Assembly (NCBI GenBank): GCA_965205485.1
Contig: OZ242180.1
Span: 3,424,001-3,488,000 of the forward strand
DNA length: 64,000 bases
Reading direction: 5' to 3'
Source of the DNA: Candidatus Latescibacterota bacterium
Lineage (GTDB): Bacteria; Latescibacterota; UBA2968; GCA-2709665
Both the position numbers and the translations under genes were made by a program. A model generated the notes under the pieces. The model was not told where the DNA came from. It saw nothing but the letters and a program-made list of their open reading frames with translations, and made no database searches. Within the stretch, counting starts at the first letter, position 1. Every line of letters starts with the position of its first letter. Below are positions 51,254 through 60,653 of the stretch, piece by piece.

Positions 51254-52642
51254 ATGACCCTGCAACTCAGAGCAGTCCTCTTCCTTGCGGTTGTGTGTCA
51301 GACCACTTCGGTCCCGGCGCAAGCCGCAAGTCTCATCGCAGGTCCGCTGATCGGCCATACCACAACGACGTCGGCAACGATCTGGGTTGAAACGGACGCC
51401 GCCGCGACGGTTCGAATTGACTACTGGGTTGAGCCCCGGGTCATGTTTCACCGGACCTTTAAAGAGCCGATGTCCAGGGGCTCAGCCGAAGCAAGAACGG
51501 AATCAACGACGCCATATACGTGCGCCATCGAACTTTCCGGTCTGCCACCGGGGCGGCTGGTCTATTACGATGTCTACGTCGACGGCAAGATAGTACGTCC
51601 CCTGACCGTCCAGGTGTTTCCACTTATGCCGCCCGAATCGATCTTGGAAACAGAACCCGAACGAATCACTGAATTCACAGTCGCCTTCGGATCGTGCAAT
51701 CTGCCCGCGAGAGTGCCTGTTCAATCGATCTGGTCACAGGTTGCGAGGTTCCGCCCGGCCGCCTTTCTGTTTATCGGCGACAACAATTACATGCCGGGGA
51801 AGGCGGAAGGATTTGATCTCCCCGAAGGCAGCGTCAGAGAGATCATGTCCCTCTACCATCGGAGATTCAGGCAGGTCCCCGGGCTCAGAGACATCGTCGC
51901 CACCACACCCAGCTACGGCATCTGGGACGACCACGACTTCGGACCGAACAATTCCGACCGGACATTCAGGTGGCGGGATCTCGCAATCGAGACGTTTCGC
52001 CGTTACTGGCCGAACCCATACCCCGAGTCCTCGGGTGCGCCCGGCGTCTTCCACAGGTTCCGGATAGCCGACGTAGAGTTCTTCATGCTCGACAACCGCT
52101 CTCACAGGGACCCAAACGAAGCGGAGGACAGATCCACGATGTTTGGTGAGGGCCAACTCGAATGGCTCAAGGCCAAACTGAAGAGCAGCACGGCCACCTT
52201 CAAGGTGATCGCTTCCGGCGGTACGGCGGTTGTTGATGAAACCGGAGAGACATGGTCGAATTTCGGCGACGAACGCGATCGGTTCTTCGCGTGGCTCTTT
52301 GAGGAAGATATCACCGGCGTCTTCTTTCTCGCCGGGGATTGGCACTCGGGTGTACTCCATCGCCTGGACCGACCGGGGTTTGACTATCCACTCTATGAAC
52401 TCATGAGTTCAAATCTGGCCGTCCGACGACGCAACCCGGATCCCACGCCCGGTGGAGGAGCCCTTCGGGGCGGAGGTCCTCAATCGGCGGCGCCATACGT
52501 CAGAGACTACAACTTCGGGCTTTTGAGGTTTGTTGGAGAGAAAGGCAACCGGGAAGTCTATCTTCAAATCATCGACGACACAGGCAAGATCAGAATCAGC
52601 CAGCTACTCTCAGAAGAATATCTGAGGCCGATAGAGGACTAA
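51254..52642 (+). CDS. Alkaline phosphatase D (PhoD) family protein
   Basis: FGSC, IGDNNY, WDDHD, LDNR, GDWH; signal peptide; AGGAG RBS. Confidence 0.9.
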   Translation: MTLQLRAVLFLAVVCQTTSVPAQAASLIAGPLIGHTTTTSATIWVETDAAATVRIDYWVEPRVMFHRTFKEPMSRGSAEARTESTTPYTCAIELSGLPPGRLVYYDVYVDGKIVRPLTVQVFPLMPPESILETEPERITEFTVAFGSCNLPARVPVQSIWSQVARFRPAAFLFIGDNNYMPGKAEGFDLPEGSVREIMSLYHRRFRQVPGLRDIVATTPSYGIWDDHDFGPNNSDRTFRWRDLAIETFRRYWPNPYPESSGAPGVFHRFRIADVEFFMLDNRSHRDPNEAEDRSTMFGEGQLEWLKAKLKSSTATFKVIASGGTAVVDETGETWSNFGDERDRFFAWLFEEDITGVFFLAGDWHSGVLHRLDRPGFDYPLYELMSSNLAVRRRNPDPTPGGGALRGGGPQSAAPYVRDYNFGLLRFVGEKGNREVYLQIIDDTGKIRISQLLSEEYLRPIED

Positions 52643-52803
52643 GGGCGCGTCCCTCGACACGATTCACAAGGGCCTCGTGAAAACCTCCTCCGGCCCAACT
52701 TGACCGAGGAAAGACCGCGATCACCCAAGACACCTGCCTGAGAACGGATTCGAGATCTACTGTGCGGGAACTGAGCGGCACGAGACTGGGATGGAGAGTA
52801 AAT

Positions 52804-52926
52804 ATGGAACAGCGACCAGAGGTGTCGGAGCTGGCGTTGGAAGGCGCTGCTTCTGTATACGAGTTCATCGAACGCACGTCCGTTCCAACGGCAGAAGGTG
52901 TACGCTGGCAGAGCGGCTGCGCTTGA
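52804..52926 (+). pseudogene. 40-codon gene stub
   Basis: GGAGAG RBS + ATG; protein-like sequence MEQRPEVSELALEGAASVYEFIERTSVPTAEGVRW that ends abruptly. Confidence 0.4.
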
Positions 52927-53193
52927 CCTTGGGCATGCCCTCACCACCGGTCGACAGTTTTTTGGCAGGATCCGGGTGAAGGCTCAGTGGTACAGCTTGG
53001 GACTCGCGAACCAGGAGCCACCTTCGCTATTCGGGAATTTCGGTAATGGGAATTACGCTGGGTCGTGGCTCCGTCGCATTTGCATCTTCAGTGAATCCTG
53101 GTGTCAAGGTTCATGGCAGGCGAACGACACCGTGCGCCAGCGAACCATTGGGTGAAACCGCGCATCATATAGCTGCCTCGGAGCGTCGTAGCT

Positions 53194-53961
53194 ATGTCAG
53201 CACCTGTAATTGCCGAAGACCGAGCGTGGGAAATCGCAGACACTTTCGCTGCAGAGAGCCGTGAGGTCTTGGGCGCTCACCTGACGGCGGTTGTGGCCGT
53301 GGGATCGCTGCCTGCAGGTTCCTACGTCCCGGGCAGAAGTGATATTGATTTGGTCGTGGTTGCAAGGGACGCTTGCCCGGAAGGCCTTCTGTCTGAAATC
53401 AAGGAGATGGCCAGGCGATATTGGGTGAAGTACGGATTCTCAAAGGGATTCGGAGGATATGGCATTCATGAATCCGACCTCAGCCCTCCATTCGGCAGAC
53501 TCCACGATATGGTCTACGAGATTCTTCAACTCAAGCAGCAAGGACGGGTGATTCTGGGGCATCTGGACCTGTCGGCGATTCCGGATCCTTCGGAGGACGA
53601 TATGAGGCGGTCCCTGGCTGATCTTGTGCCAGACCTTCTCGGGGCCTGGAAACGCAACTTTCCGGCCCCAATCGACGTCGCCGACGCACGCGTCAACAAC
53701 ATCATCTACTGGCTTCGAATCTTGGTTTGGGACCGAACTGGCGAGTATGTTCTTGGTAAACGTAACGTCCTTCCGGCGTTTTCGAACCTGCCTGGTAGTG
53801 ACTCGATTCTGGAAATGTTGACCCCGATCAGATTGTACCTCAATCAAGAGTCAGATTGTCCGGGGGACGTCAAGCGTTACTGTCGGGAGGTAGAAACATT
53901 CGTCCTTGGCGAAGTCGAATGGGTTCGCAGGGCAGCACCTGATCGAATGTTGGAAGATTGA
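53194..53961 (+). CDS. Pol-beta-type nucleotidyltransferase domain protein
   Basis: VGSLPAGSYVPGRSDIDL. Confidence 0.8.
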   Translation: MSAPVIAEDRAWEIADTFAAESREVLGAHLTAVVAVGSLPAGSYVPGRSDIDLVVVARDACPEGLLSEIKEMARRYWVKYGFSKGFGGYGIHESDLSPPFGRLHDMVYEILQLKQQGRVILGHLDLSAIPDPSEDDMRRSLADLVPDLLGAWKRNFPAPIDVADARVNNIIYWLRILVWDRTGEYVLGKRNVLPAFSNLPGSDSILEMLTPIRLYLNQESDCPGDVKRYCREVETFVLGEVEWVRRAAPDRMLED

Positions 53962-54113
53962 ACTTCCTGTCTTGCGTTGTAGCACTATCGTGCATTGGAA
54001 TTCAACAACCCGAATCACGGGTCGCAATTCGGGGCGCGGAAGCTTTTCTTTCCAGACTTTGGTTTAGTCTGACCCTCTTGATACTGCTTGAAGAGCCCCG
54101 CCCAGAGGCAGTA

Positions 54114-54914
54114 ATGGACGAGGTGAAACAACTGGAATCACTCATCGGGGCTGCGCGGCAGGATGATGCTCACCAGACCTTCTCGTACCATGGATGGGTC
54201 GTGCCAGAGTACAAATGCCTGTGCATGACAATTCCAAAGGTTGCCTGTACTACGGTAAAGGTGACGCTATACCATCTGGCTGGAAACCCGGCGCCGGCGG
54301 AACCGAACGACATTCACGGTCTCGACGTCGGGTTGTTTGTCGGGAAATACAGCACTGAAGAGATCATCGAGATGCTGACCTCGCCGGAATGGGTGAGATT
54401 CTGCTTTGTCCGCAATCCGTATCATCGGTTGCTCTCGGCTTACAAGTCAAAGATCGGGAACACGCGGGATACCCAATATTCATGGTTACAGGATGCAATT
54501 CGGGGAAGATTCAGCTGCCCTGACGATGATCAAGGTAGTGCCAACATGGTGACGTTTGTGGACTTAGTTCATTTCCTGTCAGACTGCGGAGGGAAGGTGC
54601 GATACGAGCTCAAGCCGGACGCCATCTTCGACGGACACTTCAATGCTCAGACTAGGATTCTCAGGCAGGACTTGATCGAATATGATTTCATCGGCCGCTT
54701 CGAGAATTTCGCCGCCGATTTCAAGACTGTACTGGCACGGCTCGGCGCTCCGGTTGAAACGGTCGCGCTTGTCTCGGAAAGGCGGAACGTATCGGCCCAT
54801 GTACCACTGGACGAGGTGTACAATCCCCAGTTGGCGGCTCTGACCTATGAAGTCTATCGAAACGACTTCGAGGCCTTCGAGTACGGCAGGGATAGCTGGC
54901 TCTGCGGATCGTGA
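54114..54914 (+). CDS. Sulfotransferase family 2 protein
   Basis: IPKVACTT, FVRNPYHRLLSAY, YDFIGRFE, DFEAFEY. Confidence 0.9.
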   Translation: MDEVKQLESLIGAARQDDAHQTFSYHGWVVPEYKCLCMTIPKVACTTVKVTLYHLAGNPAPAEPNDIHGLDVGLFVGKYSTEEIIEMLTSPEWVRFCFVRNPYHRLLSAYKSKIGNTRDTQYSWLQDAIRGRFSCPDDDQGSANMVTFVDLVHFLSDCGGKVRYELKPDAIFDGHFNAQTRILRQDLIEYDFIGRFENFAADFKTVLARLGAPVETVALVSERRNVSAHVPLDEVYNPQLAALTYEVYRNDFEAFEYGRDSWLCGS

Positions 54915-54920
54915 AACGCC

Positions 54921-54945
54921 GGGCGCCCACAACGGACGCCCCTAC
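54921..54945 (-). repeat. REP family 1 copy
   Basis: GGGCGCCCACAACGGACGCCCCTAC. Confidence 0.85.
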
Positions 54946-55146
54946 AATGTCAATGACCGCCCATAAGCGGCCAAAACGGGATCGGCCTAGAGCGACCACT
55001 GCAAGATCGGCATAGTCAGGCCAGACCAGGCAAGGCGAGGAGACGTAAATACGCGCGAATCTATGGAAACATCGCCGCGATAATGACGATTGAAGACCGT
55101 TAGTCTGCCAGCAAAGGTATCGGGCGGGGTTATCAGGAGATGTCAG

Positions 55147-55554
55147 ATGAAGGATCAACTCGATTGCGTGAGGCATTTTCATGAGGTGTTCCAGTGTCAC
55201 CTGGAGCGAACACCTGTTGCAGAACTGCCTTCGGACACAAGCGAATGGCGTATCCGAATGTTAATGGAGGAGTTAGAGGAATATCGAGCGGCCGTGCGTG
55301 ACAATGGCATCGTCGAGATCGCGGACGCCCTTACCGACATGCTTTACGTGCTTATTGGTACATTTATCGCTCATGGGCTGCATGATATTGCCGAATCGCT
55401 TTTCGATGAGGTCCACCGGAGCAACATGAGCAAGCTGGATGAGCAGGGTAAGACCATATTCAGGAGTTGCGGCAAAGTGTTGAAGTCAGAACGGTTTTCG
55501 GAACCGAATTTGCGGTCGATCATAGCGAGGATCGGCCACGATGAGCCGGGGTAG
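55147..55554 (+). CDS. MazG-like / PRA-PH nucleotide pyrophosphohydrolase
   Basis: EELEEY, EIADALTDMLYV, EVHRSNMSK, GKVLK. Confidence 0.9.
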   Translation: MKDQLDCVRHFHEVFQCHLERTPVAELPSDTSEWRIRMLMEELEEYRAAVRDNGIVEIADALTDMLYVLIGTFIAHGLHDIAESLFDEVHRSNMSKLDEQGKTIFRSCGKVLKSERFSEPNLRSIIARIGHDEPG

Positions 55555-55595
55555 ATAACTGGATCACAGCGGGAAACATCGTTGGAATTGAAACC

Positions 55596-56147
55596 ATGTC
55601 TGAGAATATAACGCGCGGGAGTACGGAAGATCCGAATCCTGTCCAGCTTGGACTGATCCGGGAAATTCATGAAGCATTGACAGCGCGTTCCATCCCGCAC
55701 TGGTTGGGCGGGGGTTGGGCGTTGGATTTTCTGCTGGGGGAAATCACGCGCGTACACGGCGACGTCGATTGGGCAATATGGAAGTCAGATGCGCCGGATG
55801 TGACCGTTCGTCTCGGATCCCTGGGGTATTCCCGCCAGCAAGTCCGGCATCCTGAAGAACACATCGGGTTTTACAAACGCGATCAGTATGTCAGTTTTGG
55901 GCTGCTCGAGAAGACTTTGTCCGGGGATGTGGTTACATCCGGCCGTTGGACCGATTGGCCCTATCCGCATAGCGCCTTTTGTGCGCCGGAGGGACGGCTG
56001 GGTGACTTATCCTGCCCGATCCTCAGCGCTGAGGCCCAACTGGACGAAAAGGTCAACTTTCACAAGCACCCTGCCGGCGCGCCACTTAGAGAAGAGGATA
56101 TTCCTGCGATCGAGAGGCTGCGCAGGTACATTGCGGGTCGCCGGTGA
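55596..56147 (+). CDS. ANT(2'')/Lnu-like nucleotidyltransferase
   Basis: WLGGGWALDFLLGEITRVHGDVD. Confidence 0.85.
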   Translation: MSENITRGSTEDPNPVQLGLIREIHEALTARSIPHWLGGGWALDFLLGEITRVHGDVDWAIWKSDAPDVTVRLGSLGYSRQQVRHPEEHIGFYKRDQYVSFGLLEKTLSGDVVTSGRWTDWPYPHSAFCAPEGRLGDLSCPILSAEAQLDEKVNFHKHPAGAPLREEDIPAIERLRRYIAGRR

Positions 56148-56276
56148 GAATTGTCGGTACATCTCGAATCACGAATTCGTCCACGCCGGACTTCACGCAA
56201 TCCATTTGCCAGACGAGATGAATCGGCGGTCGAATGGTGAGGAATTTTCGGGACAGGACACTAATGGCAATCCAAA

Positions 56277-57062
56277 ATGATTGAAGATTCCTATCGCTTG
56301 GCAGCGAAGCATTACGATGCCGCATACAATGTCAAGGAGGACCTGGTCGACAGGGACTTCTATCTGGATCTGGCCAACGAGTATGGCGGTCCGGTCCTCG
56401 AGCTTGGCTGCGGGACCGGCAGAATCACTTTACCGGTTGCCCGGAAGGGTCTTGATGTCACGGGGGTTGACGCATCCCGTTCGATGCTGGCGGTCTTGCG
56501 GGCAAAGCTCGAAGAAGAACCCGCAGAAGTACAACGCCGGGTACGAGTCGTTCAGGGCGATTTCCGTACAGGCCGTTTTGGTGACCAGTTTCCTCTGGTC
56601 GTCATTCCGTTCAGACCCATGCAGCATATGTACACCGCGGAAGATCAACTTGCCGCCCTGAGAAACGCCGGTCGCCATCTGAAAGACGGTGGAATCCTGG
56701 CGTTCGACGTCTTCAATCCCCGCTTCGACAAGCTGCTTTCCGGTGACGGCGAAGAGCACCTGGAATTAGAGTGGCCGGAGGAAGACGGGAACGGTCGGAC
56801 CATCCGGCGGTATTTCGTGAAGAACGGGTACGACCCGGTCAACCTGGTGTTATCGGGCCGGTTTATCTTCCGGCTCTGCGAGGGCGACCATGTACTATCG
56901 GAGGAAGCCGAGAACTTCAAAATGAGCGTCTATACCTATCCACATCTCAAAGCGCTTATCTCCGCGGCAGGTCTTGGGATCGTGGGAGAATTCGGATCGT
57001 TTGACCGGAAACCAATAGGGCCGGAATCGCCTGAGATGATCTTCCTTCTGAAACGACAGTAA
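56277..57062 (+). CDS. Class I SAM-dependent methyltransferase
   Basis: VLELGCGTGR, VTGVDAS, HLKDGG. Confidence 0.92.
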   Translation: MIEDSYRLAAKHYDAAYNVKEDLVDRDFYLDLANEYGGPVLELGCGTGRITLPVARKGLDVTGVDASRSMLAVLRAKLEEEPAEVQRRVRVVQGDFRTGRFGDQFPLVVIPFRPMQHMYTAEDQLAALRNAGRHLKDGGILAFDVFNPRFDKLLSGDGEEHLELEWPEEDGNGRTIRRYFVKNGYDPVNLVLSGRFIFRLCEGDHVLSEEAENFKMSVYTYPHLKALISAAGLGIVGEFGSFDRKPIGPESPEMIFLLKRQ

Positions 57063-57152
57063 CGAGATGACTTCGCAATCTCCTGCCAGTGAATACGCGC
57101 AAGACCGGACGGCTCACCGGTATTCGATACTGACGATGTACGAAAGGGAAGA

Positions 57153-57671
57153 ATGAAGACCGTCGTCCGAATTTCAGGAATACTGATCATGCATGACGGC
57201 ATCATGCTCGTGAAGTGCGATGGTATTGACGACTATCTCCTGCCCGGCGGAAAGCTCGAGCCCGGCGAGTCGGACCTGGATGCACTACGTCGGGAACTTA
57301 TGGAAGAACTCAACGTTATACCGACGGAACCCGAATTCTTCGGCGAATACGAGCGTATCGGCTACCCTCCGGAAGCGGTGGAACGATACAGGGTGAGGGT
57401 CCGGGCTTACTTCACCGGATTCGACGGAGAACCGGTTCCGGACCGGGACGAGGTGCTTGAGATCGCCTGGGCATCGATGGCCGATCTCGAATCAGGGAGG
57501 TATCAATTGAACCCAATCTTGCGGAATCACATTCTTCCGGAACTCAAGCGACAGAAGAAGCTCTGTTTTCCTCCAGTGCCAACGCAGTCGACATCCATAG
57601 CCCATACAACCAAAGATCCGGAAACTCTCTTTCAGCCACCGTATCGTGCTTCAGGGCAGTCAGTAAAGTAG
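57153..57671 (+). CDS. NUDIX hydrolase
   Basis: LPGGKLEPGESDLDALRRELMEEL. Confidence 0.9.
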   Translation: MKTVVRISGILIMHDGIMLVKCDGIDDYLLPGGKLEPGESDLDALRRELMEELNVIPTEPEFFGEYERIGYPPEAVERYRVRVRAYFTGFDGEPVPDRDEVLEIAWASMADLESGRYQLNPILRNHILPELKRQKKLCFPPVPTQSTSIAHTTKDPETLFQPPYRASGQSVK

Positions 57672-57705
57672 CATCCCAAAACTTCAGCGCAGGGAGGGGC
57701 GCAGC

Positions 57706-58068
57706 ATGCAAAAGGTTCAGGGATTCGGCGGATTCTTCTTTCGGGCAAAGGACCCGGATCGCCTCACGAAGTGGTATCACGATCATCTCGGCATCAATCC
57801 TGCTCCGACGAACATGGAGATGACGCCATGGGTGACCGGGTCCGGGGTCACGGTCTTCTCACCTTTCGATGATGACACGGACTATTTCGCAGCGGATAAG
57901 TCTTTCATGCTGAATTTCCGCGTGGCCGATTTGGACGCGATGATCACACAACTGAAGTCCGCCGATATTGAGGTGAGCCACGAAAGCGAGATGGAGGGCA
58001 TCGGCCGCTTCGCCCGCATCCACGACCCCGAAGGAAATGCGATCGAGCTTTGGGAACCCGCATCGTGA
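57706..58068 (+). CDS. VOC family protein
   Basis: GGFFFRAKDP, LNFRVADLD, DPEGNAIELWEP. Confidence 0.92.
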   Translation: MQKVQGFGGFFFRAKDPDRLTKWYHDHLGINPAPTNMEMTPWVTGSGVTVFSPFDDDTDYFAADKSFMLNFRVADLDAMITQLKSADIEVSHESEMEGIGRFARIHDPEGNAIELWEPAS

Positions 58069-58121
58069 GATGAAAGCCTATGCTGGTCGGCGCGACGTCG
58101 CGTGAGAAAGCCGGAACCTAC

Positions 58122-58454
58122 ATGCCTGAATTCATCACCTTCAAACGCTGGTCCCTCAGAGACGGGCGTGAGGAGTCTGAACTCTTCAGGCTTGTCCGAG
58201 AGGAGATCATTCCTCACTACGAGAAACTTCCGGGCTGTCTCCGCCTGGGATTGTTGCAAATTGCAGGTACCCGTTCCTACCTTGCTCTTCAACACTGGAA
58301 GAATCGCGACACCTGGCGCGCAACTGTCGAGTCCGACGACTATGAATCCTGGTTTCAAGCGTACGCGCCAATGCTCGAGCGCTGGGACGAATTAATGATC
58401 TTTGAAGAAGAATGGGAGAGTGAAGACGTGCTAAACATCGGGAGCGGCGCCTGA
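58122..58454 (+). CDS. ABM-like (dimeric alpha/beta barrel) protein
   Basis: LPGC..YLALQHW pattern; about 110 aa. Confidence 0.55.
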   Translation: MPEFITFKRWSLRDGREESELFRLVREEIIPHYEKLPGCLRLGLLQIAGTRSYLALQHWKNRDTWRATVESDDYESWFQAYAPMLERWDELMIFEEEWESEDVLNIGSGA

Positions 58455-58472
58455 CAGCGATGTATACCAGCG

Positions 58473-59057
58473 ATGACCATACATCAATTCGGAAATGAAG
58501 TCCTTGACGTCCTTCGGAGGCATCTGGGGCCGGGAAACGTCAACTTCCGCGGTTCATTTGCCTCAGGGAAGGTTGATGATTACAGCGACGTTGACCTCGA
58601 GGCCAGGGTCCATGTTGAGCTCACGCAGGGGTTTTTCGATTCCTTATCGGCGTGTCTGAAGAAGCATTTCGGAGCATTCTCCGTACGGTTTGATCCGCAA
58701 CAGAAGGGCGACCGGATGGCGCAGAACATAATGGTCAATCTTCATGAATATCCTTTGTTCTGGAGGATTGAACTCAATATCAAGTCGGACCAAGACACTT
58801 CTCAGAAATGGCCTTTGCCGTTTCCGGACTGGTGTGTCGCCACGTCCGCGTTCTGGAACGTCGTCTGGGCGGTAAAGCGAGCCAGGCGGGGCGAGTGTGA
58901 TGCCGGTCACTACGTGTTCAACGCATGCGAGAAACTGGGTCGCCCCGGTCTGGCGTATTCAGTTGAGAACGTTGAGATTTTGCTTTCGGAATTGTGTGAG
59001 TTTCACGACGTTGACAGGGTTCTCGTGTCGAGACTCCGCAACGAAATCACGCGCTGA
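58473..59057 (+). CDS. Nucleotidyltransferase domain protein
   Basis: RGSFASGKVDDYSDVDL. Confidence 0.8.
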   Translation: MTIHQFGNEVLDVLRRHLGPGNVNFRGSFASGKVDDYSDVDLEARVHVELTQGFFDSLSACLKKHFGAFSVRFDPQQKGDRMAQNIMVNLHEYPLFWRIELNIKSDQDTSQKWPLPFPDWCVATSAFWNVVWAVKRARRGECDAGHYVFNACEKLGRPGLAYSVENVEILLSELCEFHDVDRVLVSRLRNEITR

Positions 59058-59067
59058 GGACCGGTAG

Positions 59068-59869
59068 ATGGTTTCTGTCCTGGAAGACGATTCGGATCCT
59101 GCTATCATTGCTGCGATTGAGCGGAACAACATCGATCTTTTCCTCTTTGCGGCTACCATGGGGCAAAAGACGATACTGCGGGAAGAAGACTTCACCGGGG
59201 TCATTGGCAAGCCGTGGTGGCCGAACTATCTGGTCGAACCGTGTTTCAGGGAAGAAAACCTCGAAAGCCGAATCCGCGAGATCCGCGAAGGTATCGAGCA
59301 GAGGAAGCTGCCGCCGCTCCTGAAGTTCGGCCCGAGCGCGGCGCCGAAGAATCTGAGGACCCGTCTCCTGAACAGCGGGTTCGTAGCGATGGATCACAAT
59401 CCGCCGGGAATGGCGATGCGATTGGATGGTTTGGGCGAGGAGCGTCCAATACCACTCGACCTCAGGATAGAACGCGTGGGTGATGACGCCGGACTTCGCG
59501 AATGGTTGTCCTTTTTCACGCTGTTCGAATTCGATATGTTCAAAGTTCTCATGGATTTGCCCGAAGTGAGGCTCTATCTGGGGAGGATCGACGGTAAAGC
59601 GATCGGGACTTCGATGATGTTTCTCTCATGCGGGCGTTGCCGGGCTGTATCAAGTGGAAGTTTTGCCGGAACAACGGAGGCGGGGAATCGGGACCGCGAT
59701 GACGCTTTCGCCGATGGAGGACGCATGTCAACTGGGGTACCGGACCGCCGTCCTGCAGGCGTCGAAATTGGGGGAACCGGTGTACCGGAAGATCGGTTTC
59801 AAGTCGTACTTCAGGTACAATTATTGCCATCCGAAAGGATGTACGTTTGCGAGATTCATGGCCGCGTGA
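59068..59869 (+). pseudogene. GNAT acetyltransferase with frameshift near 59632
   Basis: Acetyl-CoA motif VLPEQRRRGIG..LQAS..YRKIGF lies in the shifted frame. Confidence 0.8.
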
Positions 59870-59948
59870 GAATTATCGCTGAGAAAACCAATAGAAATGA
59901 TCTCGTTTACCACACCTGAAACTGACAAATGAAAGGGGTAATTTCGCG

Positions 59949-60332
59949 ATGAAAATCATACTCAATGGCGTTTTCGTTGAAGATCAGGACAAGGCTCTGA
60001 AGTTCTATACCGAGACGCTGGGCTTCGTCAAAAAGCACGATGTGCCTGTTGGAGAATTCAGGTGGCTGACAGTCGTCTCACCCGGCGACCAGGAAGGCAC
60101 TGAGCTTCTGCTCGAGCCGAACGAGAATCCGGTAGCGAAGACATATCAGAAAGGGATATTCGAACAGGGTATTGCTGCGACCTGCTTCGGCGTAGACGAT
60201 ATCCGCGCAGAGCATGAGCGACTAAGCGCGCTCGGCGTGAAGTTTACGTTGGCGCCGACCGAGTGGGAGGACATCATCATGGCCATTTTTGACGATACCT
60301 GCGGAAATCTCATTCAGATCATGCAGCGGTAG
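59949..60332 (+). CDS. VOC family protein
   Basis: VEDQDKALKFYTETLGF, FDDTCGNLIQ. Confidence 0.93.
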   Translation: MKIILNGVFVEDQDKALKFYTETLGFVKKHDVPVGEFRWLTVVSPGDQEGTELLLEPNENPVAKTYQKGIFEQGIAATCFGVDDIRAEHERLSALGVKFTLAPTEWEDIIMAIFDDTCGNLIQIMQR

Positions 60333-60365
60333 AGCCTGGACCACGAAGCATCTCGCTCAACGTCA

Positions 60366-60515
60366 CTCAGGATGACATGTTGCCCCTCAAATCTCCATGA
60401 AGTGTCTCAGAGACACTCGTACATGAGCTGTCCTCCTGAGGACTTGCCCTGAGCGTGCTTGCATTGAGCTTGTCGAAATGTCGAAGGGTGCCGTCATGCT
60501 GACGAGGGATCTCCT
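60366..60515. repeat. TGTCATCCTGAG-type REP with nested family 4 core
   Basis: CTCAGGATGACA at 60366; 60428-60515 is an inverted copy of 38695-38785. Confidence 0.8.
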
Positions 60516-60653
60516 GCTGCGAGGGATAATGTCCGGGGCTCAATTGGTCGCCACGACCCGACAGGCAGCACAAGGTCTCCATTTATTCGAGGTATTGGGT
60601 CCGGCGAGTACAGCCGCCTTGCAGAAACTGGCGGGCACGGATTAGAGGCGACC

